In this document: one piece after another, positions 20,785 to 32,990 of the stretch | Position numbering within the stretch: the first letter of the stretch is position 1 | Layout of the letters: each line of letters starts with the position of its first letter | Assembly: GCA_944390395.1 (NCBI GenBank) | Contig: CALXPY010000003.1 | Coordinates: forward strand, 1-59,228 | Direction of reading: 5' to 3' | Source: an uncultured Clostridia bacterium | GTDB taxonomy: Bacteria > Bacillota > Clostridia > TANB77 > CAG-508 | Length of the DNA stretch: 59,228 bases | Position numbers and translations under genes: made by a program | Notes under the pieces: model-generated | The model's input: only the letters and a program-made list of their open reading frames with translations | The model's database searches: none | What the model was told of the DNA's origin: nothing

Positions 20785-21435
20785 TTATATTTCTGGCATT
20801 TCTTTTATTGCTTTTTTTCTAATTCTTTGAATAGCATTATCTATTGACTTTACAGGAGTATCTAATTCCTCTGCTATTTTATTATAACTTTCACCTTTAA
20901 TATATCTAAATAATACTTTCTTTTCAAAATCACTTAATGCATTTTCTATTGCATTTTCTATATGATTATAATATTCTTTCTTTGTTAGTGTCTCTAATGG
21001 ATCTTCAACAGTAGCATTATTATATATTTCCAAAAGAGTAGTGTCACTATCGCTTTGTTCACTATCATAAGCATTCATATTAAGCGATAAATATGAATTT
21101 AATGGTATATGCTTTTGTCTATTAGAAGTTTTTATAGCGGTAATTAATTGTCTTTCTATACAAATACTTGCAAAAGTTCTAAATGAATTTTGCATTCCTG
21201 GCTTATAGCTCTTTATAGCTTTAAATAAGCCAATTAATCCTTCTTGTATAATATCTTCTTTTTCTGCGCCTATTATATAATATTTATTAACTCTTAGATT
21301 TACTAAATCTTTATACTTATTAATTAAATAATCTAGAGCTTGTTTATTTCCTGTTTTTGCTATATCTATTACTTCTTCATCTGACATATTGTTATAATCT
21401 AAATCTGAATGAAAAAAAACATTATTATTGCTCAT
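20785..21435 (-). CDS. sigH: RNA polymerase sigma-H
   Basis: EDIIQEGLIGLFKAI, SNRQKHIPLNSYLSL and KSIDNAIQRI motifs. Confidence 0.93.
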   Translation of the reverse strand: MSNNNVFFHSDLDYNNMSDEEVIDIAKTGNKQALDYLINKYKDLVNLRVNKYYIIGAEKEDIIQEGLIGLFKAIKSYKPGMQNSFRTFASICIERQLITAIKTSNRQKHIPLNSYLSLNMNAYDSEQSDSDTTLLEIYNNATVEDPLETLTKKEYYNHIENAIENALSDFEKKVLFRYIKGESYNKIAEELDTPVKSIDNAIQRIRKKAIKEMPEI

Positions 21436-21573
21436 ACTTTGTATGTGCCCTCCTAAGATGTACTATGCTTGTATTATATGTCACTCTAGGATTTAATGTC
21501 AATAGAAAAGTCCAAAAATTTTCAAAATCTGAGCATTTTTGAAGTTGTTTTTCGTAAATTAAACTAATAAATA

Positions 21574-22155
21574 TTAATTAACCAAATTATTTATTACATT
21601 TTCTAAATTTTCTATAAAGTTTACTATTATATCTTCTCTACTAAAATCCTTTTTAAATTCTTCCTTTAATGATGTAGCTATATCTTTTATTTCTACATTA
21701 AACTCTACCTCATTTACATTGAATCCTACGCCTATTAAAATATAATTAACTTTTTGTTTTATCAAGCCTGTTTCTACTAAAAATCCAGCAATCTTTTTGT
21801 TATTAATAATTAAATCATTTGGCTTTTTTATGTTCAAATTTATATTATACAAATCTTGTATAGTTTTTTGCATAGCTCTTGCGACATCTATTGTTAAATT
21901 GTTAAGTTTATTTACATCTACATTTGGATATACAGTAATTGTCATAGTAATATTTTTCCCGATGTTTGAGTACCAATTTCTACCATTAGTTCCTATTCCT
22001 TTAGTTTGGTTATCAGTAATTACAATAGTTCCATTTTTCAAATTATTATTTACCATTTCTTTTGAATATTTTTGAGTAGAGTCAATTTCTTTAAAATATA
22101 TAATGTTTTTTCCTATATATTTAGTTCTAGCGTTTTTTATTTTTTCTAAATCCAT
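21574..22155 (-). CDS. birA: Biotin protein ligase, catalytic domain only
   Basis: IDSTQ, QTKGIGTNGRNW, KKPNDL..KKIAG and GVGFNV; no HTH and no C-terminal domain. Confidence 0.8.
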   Translation of the reverse strand: MDLEKIKNARTKYIGKNIIYFKEIDSTQKYSKEMVNNNLKNGTIVITDNQTKGIGTNGRNWYSNIGKNITMTITVYPNVDVNKLNNLTIDVARAMQKTIQDLYNINLNIKKPNDLIINNKKIAGFLVETGLIKQKVNYILIGVGFNVNEVEFNVEIKDIATSLKEEFKKDFSREDIIVNFIENLENVINNLVN

Positions 22156-22201
22156 ATCACATTCCTTACTACTTATAAAACGGCAATAGAATTATTGCCG
22201 T

Positions 22202-23512
22202 TTATGCAGTTCCTAATTTTTTATTTGTACTTGTTCTTTTAGTTTTAGCCTTTTTAGGCTGTTCTTCTCTGTTATTATTAATTATAATTTTTGGTGCCTC
22301 TTTGTTTGCTACAGTTTCCTTTGTAATAATGCATTTTTCTATTTTTGGATTTGATGGAACTTCAAACATAATGTCTCTCATAATTTCTTCAATTATAGAA
22401 CGTAATCCTCTAGCACCTGTTTTTCTTTCTATTGCTTTATCTACTATTAGTTCTAATGCTTCAGTTTCAAATTCCAATTCTACATTATCCAATTCAAATA
22501 ATTTTTTATATTGTTTTATAAGAGCATTTTTTGGCTTTGTAACTATGTCTATTAACATATTTCTATCTAGTTCTTGTAAAGTAGCTATTATAGGTAATCT
22601 TCCTACAAATTCAGGAATTAAACCAAATTTTAATAAATCTTGTGGTAACAATTGCTCAAATACTTTATATTTATCTATGTCATTGTTACTTTCTATTTTA
22701 GCACCAAATCCTATTGATTTCTTTCCAACTCTATCTTTTACAATTTTTTCTAAACCTTCAAAAGCTCCTCCACAAATAAATAAAATATTTTCTGTATTTA
22801 TTTGGATAAAATCTTGATGAGGATGTTTTCTTCCACCTTGTGGCGGAACTGAAGCTATAGTTCCTTCTACTATTTTTAATAAAGCTTGTTGTACTCCTTC
22901 TCCACTAACATCTCTGGTTATAGATGGATTTTCTGATTTTCTAGATATTTTATCTATTTCATCTATATAAATTATTCCTTTTTCAGCCTTTGATACATCA
23001 TAATCAGCTGCTTGAATTAATTTTAATAAAATATTTTCAACATCTTCGCCTACATATCCAGCCTCAGTTAGAGTAGTTGCATCAGCAATTGCAAATGGTA
23101 CTTTAAGAATTTTAGCTAGTGTTTGAGCTAGAAGGGTTTTTCCACATCCAGTAGGTCCTAACAATAAGACATTGCTTTTTTGTATTTCAATATCATCGTT
23201 GTCTTTTTTGCTGTTAATACGTTTATAATGATTATAAACTGCTACAGATAGTGTTTTTTTAGCTTCTTCTTGGCCTATTACATAAGAGTCTAAAATATCT
23301 TTTATTTCTGCTGGAGTAGGTAATTTTTCGTTTTCATTTATAGTATAACTTAATTCTGTATCTTCATATAGATCATCTTCTAAAATATTATTACATACTT
23401 TTATACATTCATCACAAATGTAAACTCCTGGTCCTGCAATTATTCTTTCTACTGCATCCTGTGATTTTCCGCAAAATGAACATTTAATGTTTTGACTTTT
23501 ATTATTTGCCAT
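22202..23512 (-). CDS. clpX: ATP-dependent Clp protease ATPase ClpX
   Basis: CSFCGK zinc finger, [11 protein letters not shown] and IGF loops. Confidence 0.97.
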   Translation of the reverse strand: MANNKSQNIKCSFCGKSQDAVERIIAGPGVYICDECIKVCNNILEDDLYEDTELSYTINENEKLPTPAEIKDILDSYVIGQEEAKKTLSVAVYNHYKRINSKKDNDDIEIQKSNVLLLGPTGCGKTLLAQTLAKILKVPFAIADATTLTEAGYVGEDVENILLKLIQAADYDVSKAEKGIIYIDEIDKISRKSENPSITRDVSGEGVQQALLKIVEGTIASVPPQGGRKHPHQDFIQINTENILFICGGAFEGLEKIVKDRVGKKSIGFGAKIESNNDIDKYKVFEQLLPQDLLKFGLIPEFVGRLPIIATLQELDRNMLIDIVTKPKNALIKQYKKLFELDNVELEFETEALELIVDKAIERKTGARGLRSIIEEIMRDIMFEVPSNPKIEKCIITKETVANKEAPKIIINNNREEQPKKAKTKRTSTNKKLGTA

Positions 23513-23538
23513 TTCGTAATTCTCCTTCTTTAATTTAT

Positions 23539-24144
23539 TTAAGCTCTTTTATCCATTATACCATCTATTAATCCATATTTTAATGCTTCTTCAGCTGTCA
23601 TGTAATTATCTCTTTCTGTATCTCTGTTAATTACATCGAGTGGTTGACCAGTTCTTTCACTTAAAAACTTATTCAATTTTTCTCTTGTCTTAACCATGTG
23701 ATCAGCATGTATTTTTATTTCTGTAGTTTGACCAGAAAGACCTCCTCCACCAATTAATGGTTGATGAATTAATATTTCTGCATTAGGTGTTGCAAATCTT
23801 TTACCTTTTTCACCTGCTGCTAAAAGCACAGCTCCCATACTTGCTGCCATTCCTATACATATTGTAGAAACAGGGCATTTAATATAATTCATTGTATCTA
23901 CAATTCCCATTCCATCTGTTATTGATCCTCCAGGACTATTTATGTATAAAGAAATTTCTTTATCTGGATCTTCTGACTCTAAGAATAATAATTGTGCTAT
24001 TACTAAACTAGCAGATGTTTGATTTACATCTTCTCCTAAAAATATAATTCTATCTTTTAATAATCTTGAAAAAATGTCATAAGATCTTTCTCCTTTTGCA
24101 GTTTGTTCAATTACATAAGGTACTAAACTATTAATTTCTTTCAT
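23539..24144 (-). CDS. clpP: Clp protease proteolytic subunit
   Basis: [26 protein letters not shown] and HQP motifs. Confidence 0.97.
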   Translation of the reverse strand: MKEINSLVPYVIEQTAKGERSYDIFSRLLKDRIIFLGEDVNQTSASLVIAQLLFLESEDPDKEISLYINSPGGSITDGMGIVDTMNYIKCPVSTICIGMAASMGAVLLAAGEKGKRFATPNAEILIHQPLIGGGGLSGQTTEIKIHADHMVKTREKLNKFLSERTGQPLDVINRDTERDNYMTAEEALKYGLIDGIMDKRA

Positions 24145-24250
24145 TAAAATTCCTCCTTAAAGATATATTATTATTTTATAAGTTAAAAAGTTAGTGGTAA
24201 AAACAATATTTTTTAAATACTCTATATTTTCCCCCTAACTTTTATTTATA

Positions 24251-25534
24251 TTATTTCATTTTTGCATTTTTTACTAAGAATTCTATAGCTTTTTCAACTT
24301 TCATATTGTCTCTAGTATATTTTTTTACATTTTCATTATTTAACAATTCTTCTTCTTTTTGTCCATAATTCTTAGCCATTTCTTTTAATCTGTCTTCTAA
24401 TTCTTTGTCATCAACATCAATATTTTCAGCTTTAACAACTGCTTCTAATACTAATCTATATTTTACATTTTTGCTTGCTTGATCTTCAAAATCTTTTCTT
24501 ATATCAGCTTCTTTTTTACCTGTTAAGTCAGTATATTGTTTTAATGTTAATCCTTGATACATCAATCTTTGTTCAATATCCTTCATCATGTTATCTACTT
24601 CTGTTTCAATCATTCCAGAAGGAATATCTACTTCTGCTTTTTCACTTACTGCTTCTATAGTAGCATCCTCTTTCTCTATTTTTTCTCTTTCTTTATTTTG
24701 ATTTTCAAGTTTTTCTTTTATACTATTTTTTAATTCTTCTAATGTATCAAATTCACTTACATCCTTGGCGAATTCATCATCTATTTTTGGTAATTCTTTC
24801 TTCTTTATTTCATTTACTTTTACTTTAAATACAACATCTTTACCTGCTAAATCTTTTGAAAAATATTCATCTGGGAATTTTAAGTTTAAGTCTTTTTCTT
24901 CATCAACTTTCATTCCTATAACTTGATCTTCAAAACCTGGTATAAATGTATTGCTTCCAATTGTTAATTCATGATTTTCTGCTTTTCCACCTTCAAATGG
25001 CTTACCATCTAAAAATCCTTCAAAATCAATTACAGCTATATCATCTTTTTGAACTGGTCTATCTTCTATTGTAACTAATCTTGCATTTTTCTCTGCCATT
25101 AGATTTAATTCTTGATCTATATCTTTGTCAGATACATTATACTCAATTTTCTTAATTTCTATACCTTTATATTTTCCTAATTTTACTTCTGGTTTTGTTT
25201 GTACTTTTGCAGTAAATATTAAGTTCTTTCCTTTTTCCATTTGTTTAATATCAATATCAGGTCTGCTAACAGCTTCTATATTATTTGATTTAATAGCCTC
25301 ATCATATATTTCTGGTACTAATTCATTAAATGCATCTTCATAAAAGATTTCTGCACCATAATATTGCTCTACAATACTCATTGGGGCTTTACCTTTTCTA
25401 AAACCTGGTATATTGAAATATTTAGCATTTTTTGTATATACTTTTTTCATTGCATCTTCAAATTTTTCTGCCTCTATTTCAAAATTCAATTTTACTTCAT
25501 TCTTGCTTTCTGTGTTTTCTACCTTAATATCCAT
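24251..25534 (-). CDS. tig: Trigger factor
   Basis: IPGFRKGKAP motif, FKBP domain; upstream of clpPX. Confidence 0.96.
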   Translation of the reverse strand: MDIKVENTESKNEVKLNFEIEAEKFEDAMKKVYTKNAKYFNIPGFRKGKAPMSIVEQYYGAEIFYEDAFNELVPEIYDEAIKSNNIEAVSRPDIDIKQMEKGKNLIFTAKVQTKPEVKLGKYKGIEIKKIEYNVSDKDIDQELNLMAEKNARLVTIEDRPVQKDDIAVIDFEGFLDGKPFEGGKAENHELTIGSNTFIPGFEDQVIGMKVDEEKDLNLKFPDEYFSKDLAGKDVVFKVKVNEIKKKELPKIDDEFAKDVSEFDTLEELKNSIKEKLENQNKEREKIEKEDATIEAVSEKAEVDIPSGMIETEVDNMMKDIEQRLMYQGLTLKQYTDLTGKKEADIRKDFEDQASKNVKYRLVLEAVVKAENIDVDDKELEDRLKEMAKNYGQKEEELLNNENVKKYTRDNMKVEKAIEFLVKNAKMK

Positions 25535-25822
25535 TTAAAATTCATTCCTTTCAAAAATAATTAGCTTTACCATTATATCATATTTTACAAAAAATGCAAG
25601 TACAAAGTATTTTTATTTTGCATTATTCGTAATTTTATGTTATCATATAGTTATAGACTACTTATTTTTATTAGTCTTAAGATTGCATAAAGTTAAAGCT
25701 TATCTTTTCTTTGATTTTATGTAACTAATAAAATCCTCTTTTATTCTTAATGGGCAAGAGAATTAATCTGGTTTTTATTAATATTAATTTTTGACATTTT
25801 CATGTCAGAGTAGGAGGTTTTA

Positions 25823-26260
25823 ATGGAAGAAGAAGATCTTAATTTAGTATTTTTGAATAAAATTGTAAAACTATGTAAAATGGGAATGACTTCAATCGAA
25901 TTTGTTGTAGAAAAAATGAAAAAAGGAACTCTAAAAGATATTTTAAATAATCAACACTCAAGATACCAAGTTTTTCTAGAAGATGCTTTAAATCTATTTA
26001 AAAAATACAATATTGAGCCAGAGAAATTTGAAATTGAAGAAAAAATGTTAATTTGGCCAGGTGTAAGATTTAATAATTTAACCAGTACAAATGATGATTA
26101 TATATCAGATTTAATACTCCAAGGGTACTATGTAGCTGCATCTGACATACATAAAAAGATGAGGCTAAATATGAATTTAAAGCCAGAAGTAAAAGAACTA
26201 TTAGATAATTTTTTAACATTTATAGATGTTAATATTAAAGAGTTAAGAGTTTTCTTATAG
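25823..26260 (+). CDS. Hypothetical helical protein (ferritin-like bundle suspected)
   Basis: AGGAGG RBS, 145 aa, downstream terminator 26276-26307. Confidence 0.7.
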   Translation: MEEEDLNLVFLNKIVKLCKMGMTSIEFVVEKMKKGTLKDILNNQHSRYQVFLEDALNLFKKYNIEPEKFEIEEKMLIWPGVRFNNLTSTNDDYISDLILQGYYVAASDIHKKMRLNMNLKPEVKELLDNFLTFIDVNIKELRVFL

Positions 26261-26324
26261 TATAATTTTGAAAACTAAAGAAGCTGTCAGTTTTGATAGC
26301 TTCTTTAATATATATTTTTAGTTC

Positions 26325-27134
26325 TTATTTAATATACAATGTTGGATCTAACTGTTCATTATCTTTAATTAATTCGAAATGAAGATGTGGTTCGTCAGCT
26401 ATTTCAAAAGTTGCAGTATTTCCAACTGTACCAATAGTTTGATTTTGTTTAACTTTCTCTCCTTCAACTACAAATTCTGTAGATAACAAATTAGAATATA
26501 CTGTTTCATATCCATTAACATGTTCTATTACTATAGTAAGTCCATATCTAGGATCATTTTTTATAGATTTAACAGTTCCTTCTGCTGCTGCTTTAACAAT
26601 AGAGGTTTTATCTGCTTTAATATCAATTCCATTATGTGTTGTCCAAACTTCTAAAGTATCTGAATAAACTAATTTACTTTTAGCAAATTCCTTGATTATA
26701 TCGCCTTGTACCGGCTTTATAAAAGTAGGATCCTTAACTTTTTCTTCTTCATTTTCCTTTTTTGTTTCATTACTTTTTCCTTCATTACTAGATGATGTGT
26801 TTTCTTCTTTATTTGTAACTGTACTTGTATTTATTGCTACTTTAGTAACATTTTCTTCTTCATTTGTTTCGTTATCTGCTTCATCATTTGTCTCTTCTTT
26901 TACTTCATTAACTGTCTTCCCATATTGTGTACTTGTTTCTTCTATTTCAGTATTTAATTCTAAATTTTCTGAATTAAATTCACTCAATTTTGTTGGCTCA
27001 TCAATACTATTTCCATAAACATAAAAGGTTATGATAAAAGCTAATATAGCTAATGCTAATACTCCTATTGCAATATAAGTTATTTTTTTTGAGTCTAAGC
27101 CATCATCTGGTATTCGTCTGCTATCTCTTCTCAT
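26325..27134 (-). CDS. spoIIQ: SpoIIQ-like M23 family protein
   Basis: N-terminal TM, acidic linker, HNGID and HLH motifs; directly after spoIID. Confidence 0.72.
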   Translation of the reverse strand: MRRDSRRIPDDGLDSKKITYIAIGVLALAILAFIITFYVYGNSIDEPTKLSEFNSENLELNTEIEETSTQYGKTVNEVKEETNDEADNETNEEENVTKVAINTSTVTNKEENTSSSNEGKSNETKKENEEEKVKDPTFIKPVQGDIIKEFAKSKLVYSDTLEVWTTHNGIDIKADKTSIVKAAAEGTVKSIKNDPRYGLTIVIEHVNGYETVYSNLLSTEFVVEGEKVKQNQTIGTVGNTATFEIADEPHLHFELIKDNEQLDPTLYIK

Positions 27135-27205
27135 AAATAAAATTCCTCCTTAATTTTTCTTTAGTATAAGTATTTACATTTTTGAGAAATTTATACAAAA
27201 ATTTT

Positions 27206-28222
27206 CTACATATCTTTTATTTCTACTCCAGTATAAAAATGTTTTATTATATCTTCGTAATTATAACCTTGTTTTGCTAAACTATCTGCTCCGGTTTGGC
27301 TCATACCAACTCCATGACCATATCCAGTAACTTCAAATTTTATATTGTCGCTTTCGATTGTTATTTTAAAATTAGCTGATCTTAAACCAAATAAAGACCT
27401 TACCTCGACGCCAGAAAATTCTAAGTTTCCAATCTTTATTTTTTTAACTCTATTGCCATCAGTATATTCTTCTATTTTCATACAATCTTTTTGGCTAAAA
27501 TCTATTTTAAAATCAGAGTGCTCTTTTTTTATTATTTCTTCAAATTCCTTTTTAGAAACTGTTTTTGAAGACGCATATTGAGAATATGCATCTTCACCAG
27601 ATGTTTCTACTGCCTGTAAGTATGGATATCCGCTTCCTCCCCAAACATCTAATGGTGCTTCAGTAGTACCACCACTATTAGAATGAAAAAAAGCATTTAT
27701 TGGTTCTCCATTATATAAAATTATTTTTCCTTGAGTATTGTTTACAGCATTAACAATTTTGTTCCAATTTTCTTCTCTTTCTTCATCTTTCCATTTATTT
27801 AATCTATCGTCCTTAGATATCCAGGCTTGACAACATGTTGAATCATCACAAATATCAGCGTCTTTGTCTCCATGTTTTCCTTTATTATGTATTATTTTAT
27901 AAATAGTATACGTTCTCGCAACAACAGCTTGCGCTTTTAGTGCTTCTTCTTCAAAACTTGCTGGCATCTCAGCACTTACTACACCATATAAATACTCATC
28001 TAATTTTATTTCTTCTACTTTTGATGTGTCTTTATGCAGTAATTTTATAGTATTATAATCCTTATAATTATATGTAGATTTAGTCACTTCGTTTTGCACA
28101 ATATCGTTTTCTGTATTACTATTTTTTTTATCCATATTTACATCAGTAAATATGATTGGGATTAAAAAACAAATTAATATTACTAACACAAAATATAAAT
28201 AGATTTTTTTCACCTTACTCAC
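27206..28222 (-). CDS. spoIID: Stage II sporulation protein D
   Basis: GVVSAEMPASF, ALKAQAVVARTY and GYGHGVGMSQ motifs. Confidence 0.93.
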   Translation of the reverse strand: MSKVKKIYLYFVLVILICFLIPIIFTDVNMDKKNSNTENDIVQNEVTKSTYNYKDYNTIKLLHKDTSKVEEIKLDEYLYGVVSAEMPASFEEEALKAQAVVARTYTIYKIIHNKGKHGDKDADICDDSTCCQAWISKDDRLNKWKDEEREENWNKIVNAVNNTQGKIILYNGEPINAFFHSNSGGTTEAPLDVWGGSGYPYLQAVETSGEDAYSQYASSKTVSKKEFEEIIKKEHSDFKIDFSQKDCMKIEEYTDGNRVKKIKIGNLEFSGVEVRSLFGLRSANFKITIESDNIKFEVTGYGHGVGMSQTGADSLAKQGYNYEDIIKHFYTGVEIKDM

Positions 28223-28290
28223 ATTCCTTGCTTAAAGCATAAATCTGGTTAAAAAATTAATTTATTTATCTTTCAACCTTGCTTATACTA

Positions 28291-29022
28291 TTAAATTGCC
28301 AATTTTAATTTTAGATTTTCTAAAATTCTCTTTTCCATTCTAGATACTTGTACTTGAGATGTTCCCATAATTTTAGCTACTTGTGCTTGGGTATTTCCTT
28401 TATAATATCTAAGTAAAATAAGTTCTTTTTCTTTATCTTTCAATCCTTCTAGTAATTGTTTAATACAAATTTTATCTACAATTGAATTAGCTTCATCTTC
28501 TCCTGTACTTAGCCTATCTATTATATTCAGTTCATCATCTAAACTTTCTAATGAATTATTATAAATTGATTCTACTGGAGTATATGAATCTAGTGCTAAA
28601 GCAATCTCTTCTTTTGAAGTATTTAAAATCTTAGCTAACTCATCTATTTTCATATCTTTACCATTTTTTCTTATTTCTTCACTTTGTATCTGCATTATTT
28701 TTGAACACAAAACTTTTAAACTTCTACTTACTTTAATAGGCCCATCATCTCTAATATGCCTTTTTACCTCTCCTAAAATATATGGAACTGCATACGTCGA
28801 AAGTCTAACTTCAAAATTTGTATCAAATTTTTTTATACATTTAATAAATCCTAAAACACCTAATTGATATAGATCCTCTAAATCATGCCCTCTATCTTTA
28901 AACCTTCTAACTATACTCCATATTAATCCTTTATTATTAGTTATTAATCTCTCTAAAGCTTCTTTATCACCATTTTGTGCCTTTATTATATCTGTTTTGT
29001 CATTATCATAAGTTTCATCCAT
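28291..29022 (-). CDS. sigF: Sporulation sigma factor F
   Basis: Third gene of the spoIIA operon; RDDGPIKVSR and SQVQVSRMEK motifs. Confidence 0.9.
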   Translation of the reverse strand: MDETYDNDKTDIIKAQNGDKEALERLITNNKGLIWSIVRRFKDRGHDLEDLYQLGVLGFIKCIKKFDTNFEVRLSTYAVPYILGEVKRHIRDDGPIKVSRSLKVLCSKIMQIQSEEIRKNGKDMKIDELAKILNTSKEEIALALDSYTPVESIYNNSLESLDDELNIIDRLSTGEDEANSIVDKICIKQLLEGLKDKEKELILLRYYKGNTQAQVAKIMGTSQVQVSRMEKRILENLKLKLAI

Positions 29023-29039
29023 ATAAAAAAACCGCCTCT

Positions 29040-29525
29040 CTACCTTCCTCCTATTGCAGTTAAATCAGCGTTTTCTATTTCATCTATTTCTTCATCTTTT
29101 TTTATATGTTTTTTCATTAATATTTTTGTGCCTAATCCTACAACAGATTCTATATCTACCTCATCCATAAAACTTTCCATTATTGTAAATCCCATACCTG
29201 ATCTTTCTAAATTTGCTTTTGTTGTATATAATGGTTTTCTTGCTAATTCTATATCTTCTATTCCTTTTCCCGTATCAGAAACTTCTATTTCTATTGTATT
29301 ATCCAAAATTCTTGCTCTTATCTTTACTATACCTTCTGTATCTTCATAACCATGAATAATAGAATTTGTAACAGCTTCTGAAACTGCAGTTTTTATGTCT
29401 GCTAATTCTTCAATTGTTGGATCTAATTGTGCAGCAAAAGCAGCTACTGTTATACGTGCAAAAGCCTCATTTTTTGATCTACTTAAAAATTCCAAATTCA
29501 TTTCATTGTCATACAAACTTTTCAT
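29040..29525 (-). CDS. spoIIAB: Anti-sigma F factor
   Basis: [16 protein letters not shown] and [11 protein letters not shown] motifs. Confidence 0.95.
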   Translation of the reverse strand: MKSLYDNEMNLEFLSRSKNEAFARITVAAFAAQLDPTIEELADIKTAVSEAVTNSIIHGYEDTEGIVKIRARILDNTIEIEVSDTGKGIEDIELARKPLYTTKANLERSGMGFTIMESFMDEVDIESVVGLGTKILMKKHIKKDEEIDEIENADLTAIGGR

Positions 29526-29545
29526 ACACTAATACTCCCCTCATA

Positions 29546-29863
29546 TTAACTTACCTTTTCTTTAATAGGAATAATATTTACTATTCCACTCATTTCTAAA
29601 ACCTTTCTTATTGCTTTATTAGCATTTATTATTTCTAATTCTCCTCCCAACATCTTTGCCATTTTATACCTTCCTATTATCATTCCTATTCCTGCACTAT
29701 CCATGAAAGAAATACTACCAAAATCAAATAAAACTTTTCTAGGCATATATCTTGTAATTTCATTGTCTATCTTCCTCCTTATCTTTTCAGTTGTATGATG
29801 GTCAATCTCCTCTGTAAGCTTAATTACTAACAGCTTGTCCTTTTGAATAAATTCTATATTCAA
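29546..29863 (-). CDS. spoIIAA: Anti-sigma F factor antagonist
   Basis: EIDHH and FMDSAGIG STAS motifs; probable TTG start after AGGAGG. Confidence 0.93.
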   Translation of the reverse strand: MNIEFIQKDKLLVIKLTEEIDHHTTEKIRRKIDNEITRYMPRKVLFDFGSISFMDSAGIGMIIGRYKMAKMLGGELEIINANKAIRKVLEMSGIVNIIPIKEKVS

Positions 29864-29962
29864 TTTAATCCCTCCTATAAACAACTTTAAAAATATTATA
29901 GTACTTTTTCCAGTATTTTCCTATAGCGAAAAATAAGAAGTTTTGCCGATTTATTAGAAGTT

Positions 29963-29969
29963 TTCGACA
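29963..29969 (-). promoter_or_regulatory. Spo0A box
   Basis: TGTCGAA about 100 bp upstream of spoIIAA, a known Spo0A-activated operon. Confidence 0.6.
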
Positions 29970-30019
29970 TTTTGTGACATAAAAGAGAGAAACTATATTA
30001 CATAGTTCCTCTCTTTGAA

Positions 30020-32647
30020 TTATTTTATATTTTGAATTCTTTCTTCCACATTTTTTAGCATTTCTTCATATTTTTTCAATTTAGCTTTTTCTTCTTCTAC
30101 TTTACTTGCTGGTGCTTTGCTTATAAACCCTTGATTAGATAACATTTTATTTGATCTTTCTACTTCTGCTATAAGTCTTTTTCTTTCATTTTCTAATCTT
30201 TCTTTTTCAGCTTCTATATCTACCAAATCTTCTAAAGGTATATATACTTCTATTCCATCTGTTAAAACAGATACTGAATTTTGTGGAATATTTTCTTTTT
30301 CTTTCTGTATAATTATTTCTTCTGCATAACATAATTTCTTTATAATTTTATCCAATTCTTCTACCATTTTTTCATATTTAGTAGTTACAAATATTAACTT
30401 TGATTTCTTTGAAGGATGAACATTCATATTAGTTCTTACATTTCTTATTCCTGTAACAATATCTTTTAATTTTTCAATTTGATCTTCTTCATTTTTGAAA
30501 TTCAATTCTTCCTTATATTCTGGCCAATCAGAAACCATTATACTTCCTGTTGTAGCATATAATTTTGAATAAATTTCTTCTGTAATAAATGGCATAATTG
30601 GGTGTAATAGTTTTAAACTACCTATTAGCACTTTGTTCAAAGTATATAGAGCTGCTTTTTTGCTTTCATTTTCTTCATATAATCTAGGTTTCGCCATTTC
30701 TATATACCAATCGCAAAATTCGTTCCATATAAAGTCATAAATTTTTTGTGTAGCTACTCCTAATTCAAAATTATCTAAGTTTTGTGTTATTTCTTTAGCT
30801 ATATTATTTAATTTAGAAATTATCCATTTATCTTCTATTGATAGATTTTCTGTTTTTACTTCTTCTGGCTCTCCCCATAATAATACGAATTTAGCAGCAT
30901 TCCATAATTTATTTGCAAAGTTAGAAGCTGATTCTAATTTTTCTGGCATATACCTTATATCATTTCCAGGAGAAATTCCCAATACCAAAGAGAACCTTAA
31001 TGCATCAGTTCCATATTTGTTTATTATTTCTATAGGATCTATTCCATTACCTAAACTTTTAGACATTTTTCTACCTTGACTATCACGAACAATTCCATGT
31101 ATAAATACATTCTCAAAAGGTATTTCTCCAGTGTGCTCTAAAGCAGAGAATATCATTCTAGCAACCCAAAAGAAAATAATATCATATCCAGTAACAAGAG
31201 TTGCTGTTGGATAAAAATATTTATAATCTTCAGTTTCTTCTGGCCAACCTAATGTTGAAAATGGCCATAATGCAGAACTAAACCATGTATCCAATGTATC
31301 TTCATCTTGATGAATTTTATTAGAACCACATTTACTACACTTTTCTGGTTTACTACTTCCTACCATAATATTTTTACATTCATCGCAATAATATGCAGGA
31401 ATTCTATGTCCCCACCATAATTGTCTAGAAATACACCAATCTTGTATATTTTCCATCCAGTTATAATAAATTTTACTAAATCTTTCTGGAATGAATTTTA
31501 TCTTTCCTTCTCTTACAACATCAATTGCAGGTTTTGCAAGTGGCTCCATTTTTACAAACCATTGCTCTGATATTTTTGGTTCTATTGTATGATGACATCT
31601 ATAGCATTTTCCAACATTATGTGTATAGTCCTCAATTTTAACTAATGCTCCTATTTCTTCTAATTTCTTTACAATTAATTTTCTAGCCTCATACATATCC
31701 ATTCCTTTATATTCAGGAACTAAATCATTCATTTTCCAATTTTCATCAAATACTTCTACTATTTCCAAATTGTGTCTTAATCCTGATTCATAATCATTAG
31801 GGTCTGCTGCTGGTGTAAGTTTTACAGCTCCTGTACCAAATTCTTTTTCTACAAACTCATCTGCTACAATTGGAATTTCCTTATTCATAATAGGAAGTAT
31901 TACTTTTTTTCCAATTAAATCCTTGTATCTTTCATCGCTTGGATGTACTGCTACACCTGTATCTCCCAACATTGTTTCTGGTCTTGTAGTAGCAACAATA
32001 ACATATCTATCTTCATCTTTTACTTTATATCTTATATACCATAAATGAGTTGGCTCTTCTTCGAATTCTACTTCTGCATCAGAAATAGAAGTATTACAAT
32101 TAGGACACCAGTTTATCATTCTTTTTCCTCTATATATTAGTCCTTTATTATATAAGTTTATAAATACCTTCTCAACAGCTTTTGATAAACCTTCGTCCAT
32201 TGTAAATCTTTCTCTAGACCAATCACATGAACAACCCAATTTTTTAATTTGATTTAAAATAGTTCCACCATATTCTTTTTTCCATTGCCATGCTCTTTCT
32301 AAAAACTTTTCTCTTCCTAACTCTTCCTTTGAAGTTCCTTCTTCTTTTAATTTTTCTACTATTTTTACTTCTGTAGCTATAGCAGCATGATCAGTTCCTG
32401 GAATCCATAAAGCATTGAATCCCTTCATTCTTTTATAACGAATTAATATATCTTGCAATGTTTCATCTAAAGCATGACCTGCATGTAATTTTCCTGTAAT
32501 ATTTGGTGGTGGAATAACTATAGTATATGGCTTTTTAGTTCTATCATCTGAAGGTTTAAAATACCCTTTTTCCTCCCAATTATTATAAATTTTCTCTTCA
32601 AATTCCTTTGGATTAAACTTGTCACTTAATTTTCCTTTTTCACACAT
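30020..32647 (-). CDS. valS: Valine--tRNA ligase
   Basis: [30 protein letters not shown] and C-terminal coiled coil. Confidence 0.97.
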   Translation of the reverse strand: MCEKGKLSDKFNPKEFEEKIYNNWEEKGYFKPSDDRTKKPYTIVIPPPNITGKLHAGHALDETLQDILIRYKRMKGFNALWIPGTDHAAIATEVKIVEKLKEEGTSKEELGREKFLERAWQWKKEYGGTILNQIKKLGCSCDWSRERFTMDEGLSKAVEKVFINLYNKGLIYRGKRMINWCPNCNTSISDAEVEFEEEPTHLWYIRYKVKDEDRYVIVATTRPETMLGDTGVAVHPSDERYKDLIGKKVILPIMNKEIPIVADEFVEKEFGTGAVKLTPAADPNDYESGLRHNLEIVEVFDENWKMNDLVPEYKGMDMYEARKLIVKKLEEIGALVKIEDYTHNVGKCYRCHHTIEPKISEQWFVKMEPLAKPAIDVVREGKIKFIPERFSKIYYNWMENIQDWCISRQLWWGHRIPAYYCDECKNIMVGSSKPEKCSKCGSNKIHQDEDTLDTWFSSALWPFSTLGWPEETEDYKYFYPTATLVTGYDIIFFWVARMIFSALEHTGEIPFENVFIHGIVRDSQGRKMSKSLGNGIDPIEIINKYGTDALRFSLVLGISPGNDIRYMPEKLESASNFANKLWNAAKFVLLWGEPEEVKTENLSIEDKWIISKLNNIAKEITQNLDNFELGVATQKIYDFIWNEFCDWYIEMAKPRLYEENESKKAALYTLNKVLIGSLKLLHPIMPFITEEIYSKLYATTGSIMVSDWPEYKEELNFKNEEDQIEKLKDIVTGIRNVRTNMNVHPSKKSKLIFVTTKYEKMVEELDKIIKKLCYAEEIIIQKEKENIPQNSVSVLTDGIEVYIPLEDLVDIEAEKERLENERKRLIAEVERSNKMLSNQGFISKAPASKVEEEKAKLKKYEEMLKNVEERIQNIK

Positions 32648-32673
32648 AATTTTACTCCTTTCCTAATATCTAC

Positions 32674-32910
32674 AAAAAACCTCACCCATATAAGGGCGAG
32701 GTTTAATTCTCACGGTACCACCTTAATTATATAATACCTATATTATATTTCTTAAAATCCTATTAACGCTGGACAGGCGAATATACCTACTATTAATTCA
32801 ATATATCAACTCCAAAGCTACCTTCAATTTAATTTACTATAAGAAGCTCTCAGCTAATAACTTCTATTCTCTTTATAGTAAAATTTAAATCTACTCCTCT
32901 TCTTCATAGT
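32674..32910 (-). promoter_or_regulatory. T-box riboswitch (Val)
   Basis: AAGGTGGTACCGTG T-box at 32711-32724, terminator at 32674-32704, AGAGA/GCTGAG stem I motifs and GTA (Val) specifier at 32819-32821. Confidence 0.92.
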
Positions 32911-32990
32911 ATTTATCTATGCATAATATAATATCATAAAATTCTATAAAATTCAATACCTAAATTTATCCAAAAATACTACTAAATTCA

